Assembly (NCBI GenBank): GCA_013265495.1
Contig: MU058781.1
Location: forward strand, 7,793,009 to 7,857,008
Source: Vicugna vicugna
Taxonomy: Eukaryota
Length of the DNA stretch: 64,000 bases
Reading direction: 5' to 3'
Shown: positions 1-13,149 of the stretch, piece by piece
Layout of the letters: every line of letters begins with the position of its first letter
Numbering within the stretch: the stretch's first letter is position 1
Notes under the pieces: generated by a model
The model's input: only the letters and a program-made list of their open reading frames with translations
The model's database searches: none
Told to the model about the DNA's origin: nothing
Program-made: the position numbers and the translations under genes

Positions 1-416
1 ATGTAGACATGGAAGACCCAACCCTGCTCCACCCTTCACTGATGGAACACTGGCAACACCCAGCCCCACTGAGCCTCAGCATCCTGCTCGGTGAGGCCAG
101 GACTAAGGTCGGCTCCACCCGCTTCATGGGGCTGCTGAGAAGATCAAGTGAGAAGAAGAGAACACTTCCCAGTATTTATCAGAAAATTATCATCTTAAAT
201 TCTAAGCCCCATAGACACAGAGTCTCAAATCTCTGCATTTGTCTTTATTAAGCGGAGAAACAAATGAATAGATCGATGATGAATCAATACAAAAATGAAA
301 AAATGAACACTTCTCCACATATTGCTCAGGGGAAGTCACTGAAAAGATTCGCACCTGCCATTCGAGAATCTCCAGCTATGTACATCATTCTGAGAAATAC
401 TGAAAGTAAGTGGGGG

Positions 417-855
417 TGCAATCGGATGAATGATGTCCCCCTCAGTCTTGTCCACTTAGAACCTCAGAATGTGCCCTTACTTGGATATAGGACCTCTGCA
501 GATGTAGTTAAAGAGCTTGAGATGAAATCATGGTGGATTTAGGGTGGGCCCTAACATCAATGACTCTTGTGTCCTTATAAAACGAGGAGCAGACACAGGG
601 CCACACAGCGAAGACAGTCATGTGACAGTGAAGACAGAGGTTGGAACGATGCTGCTATAAGCCAAGGAATGCTGGGACCCATCAGGAGCTGGGAGAGGCA
701 AGGAAGGTTTCTTCCCTAGAGGTTTCAGAGGAGCACGGCCCTGCTGACACCTTCATTGTGGACTTTGAACCCCCAGAACTGTGAGAAAATACATTTCTGT
801 TGTTTTAAGGCACCTAGTCTGTGGTTAATTATGGCAGCCCTAGGAAACTCTAACG
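417..855 (+). mobile_element. MaLR solo LTR, MLT1C-like
   Basis: Contains MLT1 hallmark strings: 'gaacctcagaatgtg', 'agggtgggccctaa', 'gccaaggaatgc', 'ccagaactgtgagaaaatacatttctgttgttttaag', and the 3' end 'ggcagccctaggaaact'. Family is from recalled consensus. Confidence 0.9.
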
Positions 856-951
856 AAGAGCAGTGTGCCTTCATCCATCATGCTCTTACATCACCAGCAA
901 GACCGCCTCTCCTCCCCTCCCTCCACCAGATGCTCCCCCCATGGGTGACCT

Positions 952-965
952 GCAGCAGGTGGCAC
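952..965 (+). promoter_or_regulatory. CTCF-like motif
   Basis: GCAGCAGGTGGCAC matches the CTCF core CCASYAGRKGGCRS except at position 1. Motif match only. Confidence 0.3.
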
Positions 966-2126
966 TGGCCAGGTGGTCCCAGTAGTTCATAGCTAATCTC
1001 CACTCCCGCTGATCAGTGCTTGACTGCGAAACAGGATGCACACCTTCAGGATTATCCCTGCTCACAGGCTTTATGGGGCCGCAAGATTCAGTTGCAAATA
1101 TATGGTTCAGTCTAGCTGCTTTGATATAATTTTGTGTTTAGAGCTTTTCATGAGTAGACTGATGCAGGGTGGAACCAGCATCCCAACTGGGTCAAGAATA
1201 AAAATGTTAGTGATAAAAGTTACACATTAAAGATGTGGATATGGCTTATACAGATATCGGTCTCAGCAGAAAAGGTCCCAGTGGATGATAATTACTATTA
1301 CTTTTCACCTTTGCTATTAAAAGAATGTGAAAGACGGGAAATAGGAAAGAGCTGTTTCGGTTTATAAAAGGAGAGAGGATGTGAGTTTTTTTGTTTTTAA
1401 CCCTGGTTACTTATTAAAGGGATTGAGCTCAGGGCCATGGTTCAAAGAATCTGCAGAGGACTCTGGGCATGAGAGGCCCTCAATTAATACTTGATGGATG
1501 AACAATAATAAATAATGTTTTACATACCTCTAATCTTTTAAAATTATTGTAGGTTATGGAGTGTGTGGTAAATTATGAAAGATTTATTAGTATATGGGGA
1601 GTTGGAGGTGGGAATTTCCTAGGCAGGGTCAGGCTCCAGGAATCTTCTCCCCTTCTTCCCTTTTCATTCCTCCCATATCAGTATGAACAACATCTAACCA
1701 GAGGTATAAAAAGGCTAAAAAAAAAACCACAAGGGTCTGTTGAGAAGCACAATAAAGCCTTGCTGTAACAAAATCCTGAGGTCTATCACTCCCCACCTCG
1801 CTGATCTTGCAAACAGAACCCAAGGCCCCGCCCCAAACGTGTCATACGCAGCGATAACGCAGGCAGAAGAAAGGCCTGGACCCTTCAGGCACCACCTGTG
1901 TACACATAAATCCACGCAAACAGTACCCAGCCAAGTTGCGAGCAAGGTCACAGGATGCCCCACAGCCCCCCGCTGAGGCAGGCGGACGAGGACAGGTAAT
2001 TTGGCCTCTGTGCGTGTGCATCGAAGACACACTGCCGAATACAGAGAAGGGAACAAAATCCCCTTCCCTCCTGACAGTCCTCAGGAAAGAAGCAGGGCTC
2101 TTGGCCAACACAAAATGGAACTCTGG

Positions 2127-2211
2127 TTTCTCTATTTTTCAACGGAGGTACTGGGGACTGAACTCAGGACTTAATGCATGCTAAGCATGTGCTCTGCTAT
2201 ACTCTCCACCT
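2127..2211 (-). mobile_element. tRNA-derived camelid SINE (Vic-1-like)
   Basis: Minus strand reads ...GAGTATAGC|AGAGCACATGCTTAGCATGCATTAAGTCCTGAGTTCAGTCCCCAGTACCTCC followed by an A-rich tail. A B-box-like GAGTTCAGTCC is present. It is flanked by a 16-bp TSD, caaaatggaactctgg (2111-2126) and caaaatgaaactttgg (2212-2227). Confidence 0.88.
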
Positions 2212-4006
2212 CAAAATGAAACTTTGGAAGGTGCCCTGGAAATACCAGTTCTCAGGATTCAAGTGACTCTACTTCACCACTTGGCTCCTTAGTAAGAATA
2301 CGTTAAATTAGATACACCAGGAACCGAGGACACTACCAGCTCCAAAAGTGGGCACGGCAGGTTGCTGCCTGGGAGTTTTCTATGTTACAGGACCCTTGGA
2401 TCATCAGAGTTCACAGTCATATCTCCCTTTCTTTAGGAAAAGACCTGCAGGAAAAGTGATGGTCAAGTGTAGCTTGTATTTCCAGCTTCAGACACCCCAA
2501 ACGCAGACAAGCTACCTCTTTTCTGATCTTAACTCACAGCCTGAAACACAGGGACAGTACCATCCAAGAGGAGGGAGAGACATTCAGGGAAGATGTGCTC
2601 ATGGAGCCACAGGTGAAGTGTGTCTGATCTGCTCCTTCTCAGCTCAGACAGCCTTCTCAGCATCACCTGGAACCATTTCCTCTCCCAAAGCAGACACACA
2701 CTATAAAAATGCAATATTCCTCGCTGTATTCTGGAAAAATCACATTTATGCGCCCCACTTCCTTAGAGTTCGCCTTCACTGGGCAGAAGTTAGGCCTATT
2801 ATATCCCAGGCTGCCTGCTGGGGGCTTGCCTGGGTGCTGCAAATCTGAGAACCGAAAAGAGGGATTACGATTTTAGTATAGAGAGTGGGCAAGACAAATC
2901 TAGACATGCCGCCGAAAGGGGCAGTTAGAAATGTCACACACAGAACCGGAGCCACACTGAGAATGCGCAGGCACACCATGGCTGGATTCTGGCTACTACG
3001 GGTCACTGCAATAATTTCCCAGGGGCAGTGTTTCTTACGAAATATGTTAGTTCTTTGACATTTTTGCATGATGGATTTTACTGGCATAATGGTGGACCCA
3101 ACACCTAGGCCCCAGCAACCCCACTGCTAGTGATCACTTAGGACTCTGGTCTCTGGGCACATAAAGGAGCCCTTCTGGGCTGGCTTTCCCTGTCCCATCC
3201 CATCCTCACTGCCATCAGTATGTGGAAAATTGCTGAGGCCTCTCCCCCAAATGCTGTGTGACTTGTAAGACCTGGTGTTGTAAAATAATGTGGAAAATGC
3301 CCAAACTGCAGCTGCCTTTTAAAAATTGTATTAATGGCTCAAATCTGTATTTAGATACAAAATATTTCTTGCACTTTGTTCATTGAGTATGTTTCACTCA
3401 GGAATATTTCATTTAGATATACGCAAAGATCAATTTTCTGGTTTACAAAATCCCTTGAAATAGGAATAGTCACAGTTTCGTTCCTGCAGAATTAACAACA
3501 GTTAAAATGTCTTCTGTTGTTTTCCCCAGATTTTTAGGCATTTCTTTCCCAGAACCAGGATGTCATCACATAAAACAAGCAGGTCAATGATTTTCAAAGG
3601 TTTTGTCTTGACGACTATAAATGATTTCCAGCAGCACTTTCAAAGCAAAAAGGATACTTGGGTGACGATTTCCAAAGCACATAAAATTTACTTTGTAAAA
3701 TGCATGCAGCTTGAAAAACAAAGAGGAAAACGTGCTTGCCAAACCATCACTGAATATTGCAGAAATTAAATGTGCAAGAAATTCAAGGCACTTAATATAA
3801 TCAAGCGGCAGTGAGGTTTGTCTAGCCCGCTCCCGCAGACTAAATGGGTAAAGTTCTTGTCTTGCTAATCTGATTTCTTGCCCAGAATGCTGCTAATAAT
3901 TGGTTCCTGGGCTGGCACGCCCATTGAGATGTATGAAATGGCTCTTGTTGATATTTTGATGTCAAAAAAGGGGTCTGTCAGATTTTTCTTTCCTGTAACC
4001 ACTCAC

Positions 4007-4344
4007 TTTCTCTTTGCCTCTTGTCACTTGCCCCCCTCTCCTGCTCATTTTACCCACATTAAAGCTGTAAGTAAATAAATGACAGGCTGTAGCCTATCAT
4101 CAGGTGACAGATCATCCTGCACTGGCTCTGAAGAACGGAGACGTTGTCATCTGTCTAGTCCCCCTCACATTCCCTGTCAGCCTCGCCGCATCCGGGTGGC
4201 ATGTCACAGTCATCGGAGCAAGATGAATACAGCCGTGTAAACACCAGCTCGAGAGCGGAGTCAATCAAACATGTGACTCTGCACAGAGGCCCTTCTGCTG
4301 CCAGAAGAGAAAAAGCTCTCCAAGAGCAAGAAATGCCTTTTATA
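4007..4344 (-). promoter_or_regulatory. Candidate TATA promoter plus non-coding first exon
   Basis: TATAAAAG on the minus strand at 4344-4337. Downstream is a repeat-free segment retaining CpGs, with GTCACATG, a forkhead TGTTTAC and several TGACA motifs. A possible donor AAA|GTGAGT lies at 4007/4006. Confidence 0.35.
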
Positions 4345-5489
4345 GTGGCCTGTTTCTGCTTCTGGTAGTTATTACTCAATTGAATTTAACAGGGTTTGGG
4401 TTTTGTTTTTTTTCTTCTTCTTCTTTTTTTCTTTTTTTAAGCCATGCATATAGTTTATTAAAATACAGAATTAATAAATAGAGCAGCTCACAGTTGAGGG
4501 CATTTGATAAAATCATTATTATTGTTTTTTAATCGTAACTTCTCCATCAAGTGGGTGCATTAACCGGGAACTAATACTGATGGCCCCAAAGGAAGCCCTT
4601 AGAGCATTTACAAATTCCTGGATTGAGGAGACAAGGATTCCATCAGCCTCCTGAACCTTCAGTCTTTTTATCTTGGCTCCAGTAAAGTCTCTTCCTGAGC
4701 AAATTCTAGAACTTACCCATCATTACCGACTTGGCCCTACTCATCCAACAAAGAGGCAAATCAACGTCCTGGTCCTGGAGTGTTCTCACAGAACTTCACA
4801 CCCTAAGCCACAAGCAAACTTCAGCCAAGTTGCAAGAAGTGACAACAGAGGCGATGATCAAACGGCTCGCTGGAGAAGCTGAAGGGGCATTCGGAAGAAT
4901 TTTTTGGAGGGCTGTTCCAAAACAAATAATGAACCACGTATTCAAGTAAACAAAGTCATAAAAATGTCAGGAGGAATGCCAGAAAACTAATGACTTCCCA
5001 GTGTGAGAGGAGATTCAAAAAAGGATAATGGAACTTCTCAAGTGAACACAGATGGCTCTGACCATCCTCGTGGATTTTCCATCTCCTTCCTGCTACCGTT
5101 TAAGAAGATTTCTGGTGCAGCCACTTTGAAGGCCTCATTCATGGCACATGAGGGCAAAATAAGCTTCCATTAAAAAAAAAAAATCACTGTCAGCTACCAT
5201 GTGGCTCTCTTGTGGTGGCTAGGATGGATGTGGAACAATGAACACAATGACAGTCACCTTTCGCTGTGGTTTCCTGGACATAGAACACCCTGAGCCTCAT
5301 GTTGAGAGCAGCCACTGACAGAACTTCCACGACCTGCGGCCATTTAGTCAAGCACTGCCGAGTCCTGAAATCTAGGTAGTTTTGTGGTTTGTCAAAAGCA
5401 CGTGTATACCTATTCTGCAGTTTAAAGCACTGAAGTGCCAATGACTCTGGAATTTTCCCAAACTCTTAGCAATTCTGAGGAAATGACAC

Positions 5490-6110
5490 TTGCAGATTCT
5501 ATCCACAGCATCAAATTAAAAGCCACTGAACACTGCTATCTCTTCATTCTTTGATCTACCATTAAAGGCTCTGCAAATTCTGGTCCTAACTTTTCAGCTA
5601 TATTTCTTTAACGTTTATTACTCTCCTGCCATGATCTGAACGTTTGTATTCCCTAGAAATTCATAGGTTGAAATCTTAGCCCCCAGTGTGATGGTGTTTG
5701 GAGGCGGGGCCTTTCGGAGGTGATCAGGTCATGAGGGTGGAGCCGTCGGAAGGGGGTTAGTGCCTTTTTAATAAAAGCGCCCACAGAACTCCCTCGCTCC
5801 TTCCACCGCGTGAGGACACAGCAAGAAAGCTCCAGCTGGGAACCAGGAATAGGGCTTCCACCACTGAGCCTTCTAGCTCCTCGGTCTTAGACTTCCCAGT
5901 GAGCAATAAATTTCTGTCGTTTATAAGCCACCCAGTTTACGGTATTTTTGCTACAGTAGCCTAACAGGCTAAGACATTCCCTTGCACCCTGTTCTTCAGG
6001 CAAATCAGATCACCCACTTCCCCCGCCCCCAGCAGCCCGTGCGTCCCTACACCTAGGCTACTGCTTACATTATCCCACCCGTGGGACACACCTTATCCTT
6101 CTGTGCACCC
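5490..6110 (+). mobile_element. Degraded L2 fragment interrupted by the MLT1A LTR
   Basis: L2-like pyrimidine-rich sequence ('aaggctctgcaaattctggtcctaac' ... 'cttgcaccctgttcttcaggcaaatcagatcac') continues on both sides of the LTR. Boundaries are approximate. Confidence 0.45.
5627..5976 (+). mobile_element. MaLR solo LTR, MLT1A0-like
   Basis: TG...CA termini and about 350 bp long. Contains 'ggtgatcaggtcatgagggtggagcc', 'gtgaggacacagcaagaa', 'aataaatttctgtcgtttataagccacccagttta' and the end 'ctaagaca'. Confidence 0.9.
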
Positions 6111-6134
6111 ATTAAACATAGACAGACGCACTGA

Positions 6135-6620
6135 CTTGGAAATTCCACTTTGAGACGTTCACCGTTGAGAGAAGACATTCACTTTAGGGATTTTTTTCCA
6201 GCATGCTCATAATAGAAAAAACAGCAACTCCAAATTTCCAATAATAGGGGATTATTTAAATGAATCATAATACATACCTATATACACACAGTATTCAGGC
6301 AATAAAAAATGATGCTACAGATGAATGCTGATTCCTGTGAATGATGTCCATAGTACACTGGTGGGGGAAAAACTGATATACAAAATGTTTCTGTTTTTAT
6401 AAAAATAAACATCTAACTACATGTCTATTCATTTATAACTGTACCTACGTTTTACATATATGTTACATAAATTCACTTTTATATCAAGAGAGAGTCTGAA
6501 AATATGCACCACTGTATACATGTGGATTATTTATGGATCAGAGAATTATCTTATGTGTATCTGTGTATATGTTTCTAGTTTATCTGTACTTTATAGTCTT
6601 CCCAAAGTAAACATCCGTTG
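6135..6620 (+). mobile_element. Ancient L1M 3' fragment
   Basis: 'aattccactt...', 'aaatttccaataataggggattatttaaatgaat' and 'tattcaggcaataaaaaatgatg' resemble the L1ME ORF2 end and 3'UTR. Approximate. Confidence 0.55.
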
Positions 6621-6659
6621 CCATGGTATCAAAATAATTTCTACATGAACAATAGTCAA

Positions 6660-6890
6660 AGTCCAGCTCAAATGCTCTTTTTCCACACAGTTTTTCCTGA
6701 AATTTCTTCAGCAAGTTTTTTGTTTTTCTATAATTATATCCGTGTTTATTTCACATTGTTTAAATTTCAGCTTGGGTTAAAAACATTTATATATCATTAG
6801 AATATAAACAACATGAAAATAGGGGTTCTCCTAATTTATCCTTGTATGTTGGCTTATAGCAAGTATTTAACAAATATCTGTGTATGAATC
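6660..6890 (+). mobile_element. L2 3' fragment
   Basis: 'ccagctcaaatgctc...' and the terminal 'gtatttaacaaatatctgtgtatgaat' resemble the L2 tail. Confidence 0.5.
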
Positions 6891-9093
6891 AGTATCATTT
6901 GCCTAATGAGTAGTTAAAAATTTGGTTGCACACCAGAATCACTTGGAATGTACCTTTTAAAGGGACAGGGTCCTGAGTCCGTGCATTCTGTGGTCAATGC
7001 AACCAGCCTTGCCCTGGGTCAGAAGTGGAGAGCGGCAGCCCTAAGGCCACTCCCAGGCGGGCCCCTTGGTTGAAGCCAAGCATGTGTCCTCCGGCCAGGT
7101 GTGCTCCCTCGACCTGTTCACGCACTGGGCTTCGGGTTGTTGATGCCCTGAATTAATTCCTGCCCTCGCAGGAAGTGTAGAAACAATTGTTAACTGATCA
7201 GACTTCACAATCAAGGTGCCAGGAACATTATAAATGTTTCATAAATGCTTGCTGGAGAGGGGTTATACTCTCCCATCATGCTCCTAACCTTCAGAGCCTG
7301 TAGATCCCCTGACTCCTGGCTTCTGCGGGAAGTTCTCTAATGGCCTTGACTTGCCCCTTCTTTCTTTCCCTGATACTCATCTAATTGCCTTCTTGAGAGC
7401 TGATTCACCTCTTAGCCTGATCATAGTATTTTTGTGAGTACAGATACTTCCGGCAGCCTGGCACAGGGAAAGCAGACAAATGCGCACAACAGCGAAGCTT
7501 CAGGATCAGGATCAGACGTTCCTGGGCGGGGGATGGGATCCGTGGGTATGAGTATTTGTTGACGGGCTTGACCCGTGATCCCAGAGGTGAGTCGGGGCAG
7601 AGAGGAGCAAGTAATGAGAATCATTATCTGGCAGTTGGGAGATGGGAGAGAAGGGAATCCAAACAAGGATATTCCTAAAGCATTAATTCGGGGAGAAAGC
7701 TGCACAGTAGGCACGTGGGAATTCCATTAAGGAGATTAAGGGAGGGAGATAGTGCTAAGAATTCTGCCAGATATCTTCTGTACCCAATACAAGGCAGCCA
7801 AGTGTTTGTCACTGTCACCTGTTGTCACTGCTGCTTATCAGCTTTGTTCTCTATTCACTGTTTCTCCTAACCTCTCACTTGCCAGGTCCAGTCCCAGCCA
7901 TACACCAGTCCCCCATCATTACAAGTCAAGGTCCAGTCCTGGGAGTGACTGTCTGTCTGACCAAAGAGACGAATATCGAGGAAGAGGGTAGGGACAGAAA
8001 GAGAAACGTAGAATGGAACGTGAATTGGCCGTTCAGGCTATTTTATGGCTATAAACCACTGTTTATCTGTGTAGTAATTGTTTTTAAACAATACAGCACA
8101 TGGAATATCATCAATTGCAATGGTATCAGACTGCAAGTCCTTCTTCGTAGAGGTTAGATTTACCTTTTCTGGCTACTCATGAATTATAGGCTTTAAGAGC
8201 CCATTAGCACAGACTGAGCACTATGTTTCAATTGTTCTATTTGAGACCAATATCCATGGCAAAAAAAAATTCCAGTCTTTATTCAGCAACAAGGAAGAAG
8301 TTAAGCTGGTAATCAGCGTGTGTGTGAATCTGTGCTAGTAACACGAGCATGATTTTTAATTTCTAAAAATCCCATTTTTAATTGAAATGAAACAACTATC
8401 TCACACTTTGGAAATCACGTTATAATACTTTTGAAGACATCTGTTCATAGGTGAAAACTGTCTCATCATCATGATTTAAATATTTAAAGTAAATCCTAGT
8501 AGTTTTCAGAGACATGAAGTAATTTGATGTTTCCAGAGCCTCCTCTCCACAGGCAGGTTATCTGGGAGTGATGTCTAGACTGCCACGCTTAGTATCTTTT
8601 TTTTTAGCATGCTTTTTACAATTGATAGAAGAATGTGAGCTTTTCCCCTTAAAAGTCCATATATTTACCTAAAACCGTCCTTTGATACTTTCTCACTCTA
8701 GCTCTTTCTCTCTTTCTTATCAAGCATCTGACCTGTGATTCCCTCTCCCCGAACCCGAGTCTCAGTTTTATTTCTAGGTTCCCTGTGGGGATTTATCTGT
8801 GATTCCAGTTTTCACAGCAAACATACTGATACCTTGTTTTACTTACATGGATTGAAATTTATACAAGCCTCCTTCAGTCTTCCTTAATTTGCCCACCACC
8901 TTCCCCAGTTCCCTCGGACTAAGATAGAAAATGCAGTGAATCTATGGAAACAATACCCACAATGATTATAAACTTATAATTCTTCTCCTTCTAGGGTGAA
9001 AGGTGAGGAGCACACAGAAAAACCTCCCTGGGGCCTGTACTGCCTGTGCAGTCTGGGCCAAGAGCAGAGGAACTATGTGTACACAACTGAGGC

Positions 9094-9095
<2 letters not shown>

Positions 9096-9130
<35 letters not shown>
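9096..9130. repeat. (TG)17 microsatellite
   Basis: Perfect TG run read directly. Confidence 0.97.
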
Positions 9131-9131
<1 letters not shown>

Positions 9132-9392
9132 AGAGACAGAGACACACATGAGACAGGGAGAGAAAGACAAGGAGAAAGAAACAGAGAATGAGAAAAATAG
9201 AGAAAGAGGATGGAGAGCACGCGAGCCAGAGGTCACACTGAGAAATACGCCAGTTAATAGCAGTACACTCGAAGGCCTGGAATCCAAAAGGAGCAAGCCG
9301 AAGAGACTTGCCTGTGCAGTTATTGAGAGACTGGCTCTAACCTTTCAACAAATGTTTTCCTTTCTCCTGCCAACCCCTACCCAGCCTCCATC

Positions 9393-9431
9393 CACACAGA
9401 CAGACAGACAGACACACACACACACACACAC
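9393..9431. repeat. (CAGA)n(CA)n compound microsatellite
   Basis: Read directly. Confidence 0.9.
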
Positions 9432-10528
9432 GAGTTAACACTAGAATAACAGTGCTCCCCTGCATTCAGCCCTTTAGCAAGCTCTGCTGCAGAATTCCTC
9501 TAAGAAGCAAATACCATGAAAACACTTAAAATAATGTTTCATTTAAAAACAAATTTTTATCAAAACCATCCCAACTTCATAAATCCAGGCACAGCTTTCC
9601 AGCTTTTTGGAGCACTTTACCTTCAAACCACACTTTTCCCCCCTGATTTTATACAAAACTCTGAAAAAATTAACTCCAGTGGGAATTACACATATTCTTA
9701 TAAAGATTCACAAATGTCTGTTCTCAGCTCTAATCTGTCATACTACTCCTCTACTTCCACTCTAGTGTAAAGATGTAAAAGGTTACTCAGAGAATTAGAA
9801 TACTTAAGAGGAAAGAAAGTTTTAAGGATTTTTTTCTAAGGAGTAGCAGACACATCTCTTCTGATCAGCTTCTTAATGAATTGTCTACATTGTCACAGTT
9901 ATTTAGCCTAAAATTAATTAACTTAAATTTTCAAAATGAATCCTAAGCAGTGTGGATGCTGTTTTTCCATGCTGGCATGCAAAACAGAGCCCGCATCTGT
10001 TTCCATTCAGAAATTCCATCAATGGGCACTTTAAATTGGCTTGCTCCATAAGCAATTCAGAAGGTGGAACAGCAAAAAGGTAAGAGAGTTCATTAAGTGA
10101 TTAGAGGACTTGGAATCAAGAATTTTTCATAGCAGAAGATTTCATGGAGAAAATGAGACTTCAGGGACATTTAGATATATAGTTTTTAACTTTGGGGGGA
10201 AGGGAGACAGTGCAGTTACATTAAGGGAGATTCTCAAATATCAGTGTGGGCAGCCAAGATTCTTTTTCACATGAAGCTTTCCAAACCTCCTGGATTTCAT
10301 AAGAAACCTTCCAAAATGACAAAGATGGCTTTGGGGCAAATCATTTGATCCAAGATGACCAGAATGAACTAGAATTTTTAAAAGGGAGACGAAGGCTTTG
10401 CCAGCCCGTTTGGTTGGAGAACTTCCACCTCCTTCCCAAGGGATCACACACGGCCTGAAAGGGGAGCACTTTTGAACTTGAAAAAAGGTAACTTCACATA
10501 GTGTGTCTTCCCACTCTGGCAACCTACT

Positions 10529-11002
10529 CGAGACAGGCTGGGACCTGGGACCCTTTACTGCAGTGCTTGAACCTGGACAACTGTCTCCTCGAGCAACAAA
10601 ATACAAAGAAACTACAAAGGACTAAAAATAACTGCATGCATGCACAGTTGGGGCAAATCATGAACAACAAAATACAAAAAGGCCAAAACCCAACTGCCAT
10701 TTCTGAGATGCCAGGAGCAAAAGCTGGGGACTGTGAATGATCCCTGCACACAGCACCACCAAGGGGGTGGGCAGCCCACCTGAGCCACCCCTCTGGCCTG
10801 ACCTACTGATCCACCCCTACCCTCGCCCCATTTAAGGAACCAGCACACCCCACCTCAGGGAGCAAGCAGGGGAACCTGTCTTACTTGTTATCACTCCCCC
10901 ATGCTGCAGCACCAGTCCCAATAAAGCCTTGCCTGAATTTCTTGTCTGGCCCCTTATCAATTTCTGTTGCTTACAGAGCCCAAGGACCCATTATCAGTAT
11001 CA
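10529..11002 (+). mobile_element. ERV solo LTR (ERV1-like, artiodactyl/camelid family)
   Basis: About 474 bp, starting cgagacagg (TG mutated to CG) and ending ...cagtatca. AATAAA at 10920-10925 is followed by 'gccttgcctgaatttctt'. Near-perfect 4-bp TSD tact/tacc. A second copy lies at 41041-41444. Confidence 0.85.
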
Positions 11003-13149
11003 TACCCATGCTTCCAAACCCTTGTAACCCCCAGTAGGAGAGGAGCCTCCTCCACAAGGGCAGCAAAGGATAGGAACAGCAGGTGTTGAGAGGGGAGATG
11101 TGGTCAGTGACTCCTGCACAAAAGACAAAGAACTGGACATCAAACTAAGTATCTCCAACTCAGTATCTCCAATTTCACCAACCCACAAGTAAACGTGTAT
11201 CCAAATCTCAGTGCCTCTGAGCTTTGCTTTCCTTGTTTTTCCTTAAGGAAGTTTATTACTTTAACAGACATTTCCTAATGTGTTTCTAGGAACCCCCCAG
11301 GGGTCCAGGAGTCATGCATCAGACCCATCTTTTGTGCACAGCTCTGATCGGCCAAGTCAGGGCTCTGCTGCCACAAGGTGCGAAGGTTTCCCAAGGAGGC
11401 TGGGCTGCACTAGGGTTCTTCCCTCACTGCCTGGGGTGCTGTCATCACCTCCGAGTAGGTGAGGAGAAGCTAGACAGTTATTACCACTCTCGCCGATGAA
11501 CCTGACTTCAAATGCTCCAAGGCCACGATGAGTCAGAAGAGTTTCACTGCCGCCTGGGGCTAGTGAGCTTCACGACAGAAATCTGTGCAGTAAAAAGGAG
11601 TGTATTTCCCCTGTTACAGTCAGTAGGGGACCCCGAAAAATCTGCTCAAACCCCTACACATTGCAGAAATCTTAGTACACAATAATTTTGTCCCAGGGGT
11701 ACAAAATGCTCTTAGAAAGGCAGAGCCAGAAAAATTTTATTTCTCAAATCACCACACCTAGTAGCACCACCCTCCTCCAACAGAGGGTAGGGGAAGAAGA
11801 AGAAAAAGAAATTTACACACACACATACCCACCCTGGGAATAAACTCAGTGGACTGGAGTTCTGTAGTAGTGCCCAATCTTTACACTGATAAATTTAAAA
11901 AAAAACAGAATATTAACCACACAGATAAGTTATCTGGAAAGACTCCAGGCAGAGAAGTGAGGCAGGAGAGACCATCTGACCCAGGGTTTGTTCTCAGTCT
12001 AGCCCCGCAGTTTCCAAACCACATGCCAAGGTACCCTTGGTGCTGAAGTGCATTCACATAGATAGTGCAGGTTATCTTCCATTTTAGAGAGAAACATAGT
12101 GTCATTTACCAAATATTCAGTGAGCTCTTACTTTTAAGCTGCTCAGACCTGAATGAACTTAATAAAAAATTAAATGGAACTACCAGCTATTTCTTTTGAC
12201 TTAGGAACACTTTGAAAATTTACTGAGACACTAAGGGTGCTGTGAACAGAGTAAGTTTGAGAACATCTGGTCTAGCCAGTTGATGATGGCTGACATTCCT
12301 GTGCAAGAAAAATAAATACAGCAAAGTCCTAGTCTTTGGAAATAAGGAAATGTTTTGGCAAAACTTTATTTTGTTTAATGCAGAAAATTTTGATTGGCTT
12401 ACATATTTACATTGAAAAAATATTTATTTTCTAGTTTAATATAGATGAAAAATACATTCAGCCAGTGCATCTTCCTTTTTTCTTACTCATTAGTTAGAAC
12501 TCAGGAAAAAAATCAGTGTTCACAGACTGCTTCAATATCTTTTTTTATCTATCTGTCCAAAACTGGTCATTTTATAAAATGGTGGTAGGAAAAGAGACAT
12601 GGACACTCGTAAGAATTCATGTTCCCTTACACAGTCAGCCATGAGAGGAAGAGATGTCTCGGAGCATGTACTACAAACTACTCAGTATCACCTGCACGCA
12701 AATTTGACCTTGAAGTATTTACTGCCCTATAGTTTTTGATACTTTGAGCACCACCTGCCAATGTGGAATTGTATAAAGATTGAAAGCTATAGGGTCTCAG
12801 TCAAGGTGTTCCTTAAAGACTGTTGAAAATATTCTAAAAATTTAGCATTATTTCTTTCTAAGATACATCTTTTCAGTGTTTTTCTATTGTAGTGGAGTGT
12901 TAATACAGATATTATTAAAGATATTATTTTCCTATAGAATGACTCTGTTCTCTCTGGGAGAGAACCCTTGGGAGTCTGTAATGGGTCAACATGGATTTCC
13001 TAGGAGGCCCTTCCCTGTTCACGACTCTGAATTAAAGCCATCATGATTACAAGTGCAGAAGACGCAGAAACGCCAGCAGGTTCCAGCTCATTCTCTCTCG
13101 CTCTCCTCCACTCTGTTTCCAGCAATTTTGTCCAGACTGACTATCGATC

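Noticed and set aside
2127..2211. tRNA gene
   Set aside because: The A-tail, TSD and deleted A-box show it is a SINE copy.
2348..2848. 166-aa ORF
   Set aside because: GTG start, no recognisable domain and no supporting splice structure. Its length is compatible with chance.
8975..9008. Plus-strand 8-nt microexon (ctag GGTGAAAG gtgagg), plus isolated acceptors at 15504, 25612 and 26723
   Set aside because: Isolated splice-like sites are expected by chance in 64 kb and have no independent support.
10501..10848. ORFs similar to those at 41137-41478, suggesting paralogous genes
   Set aside because: The similarity comes from two copies of the same LTR.
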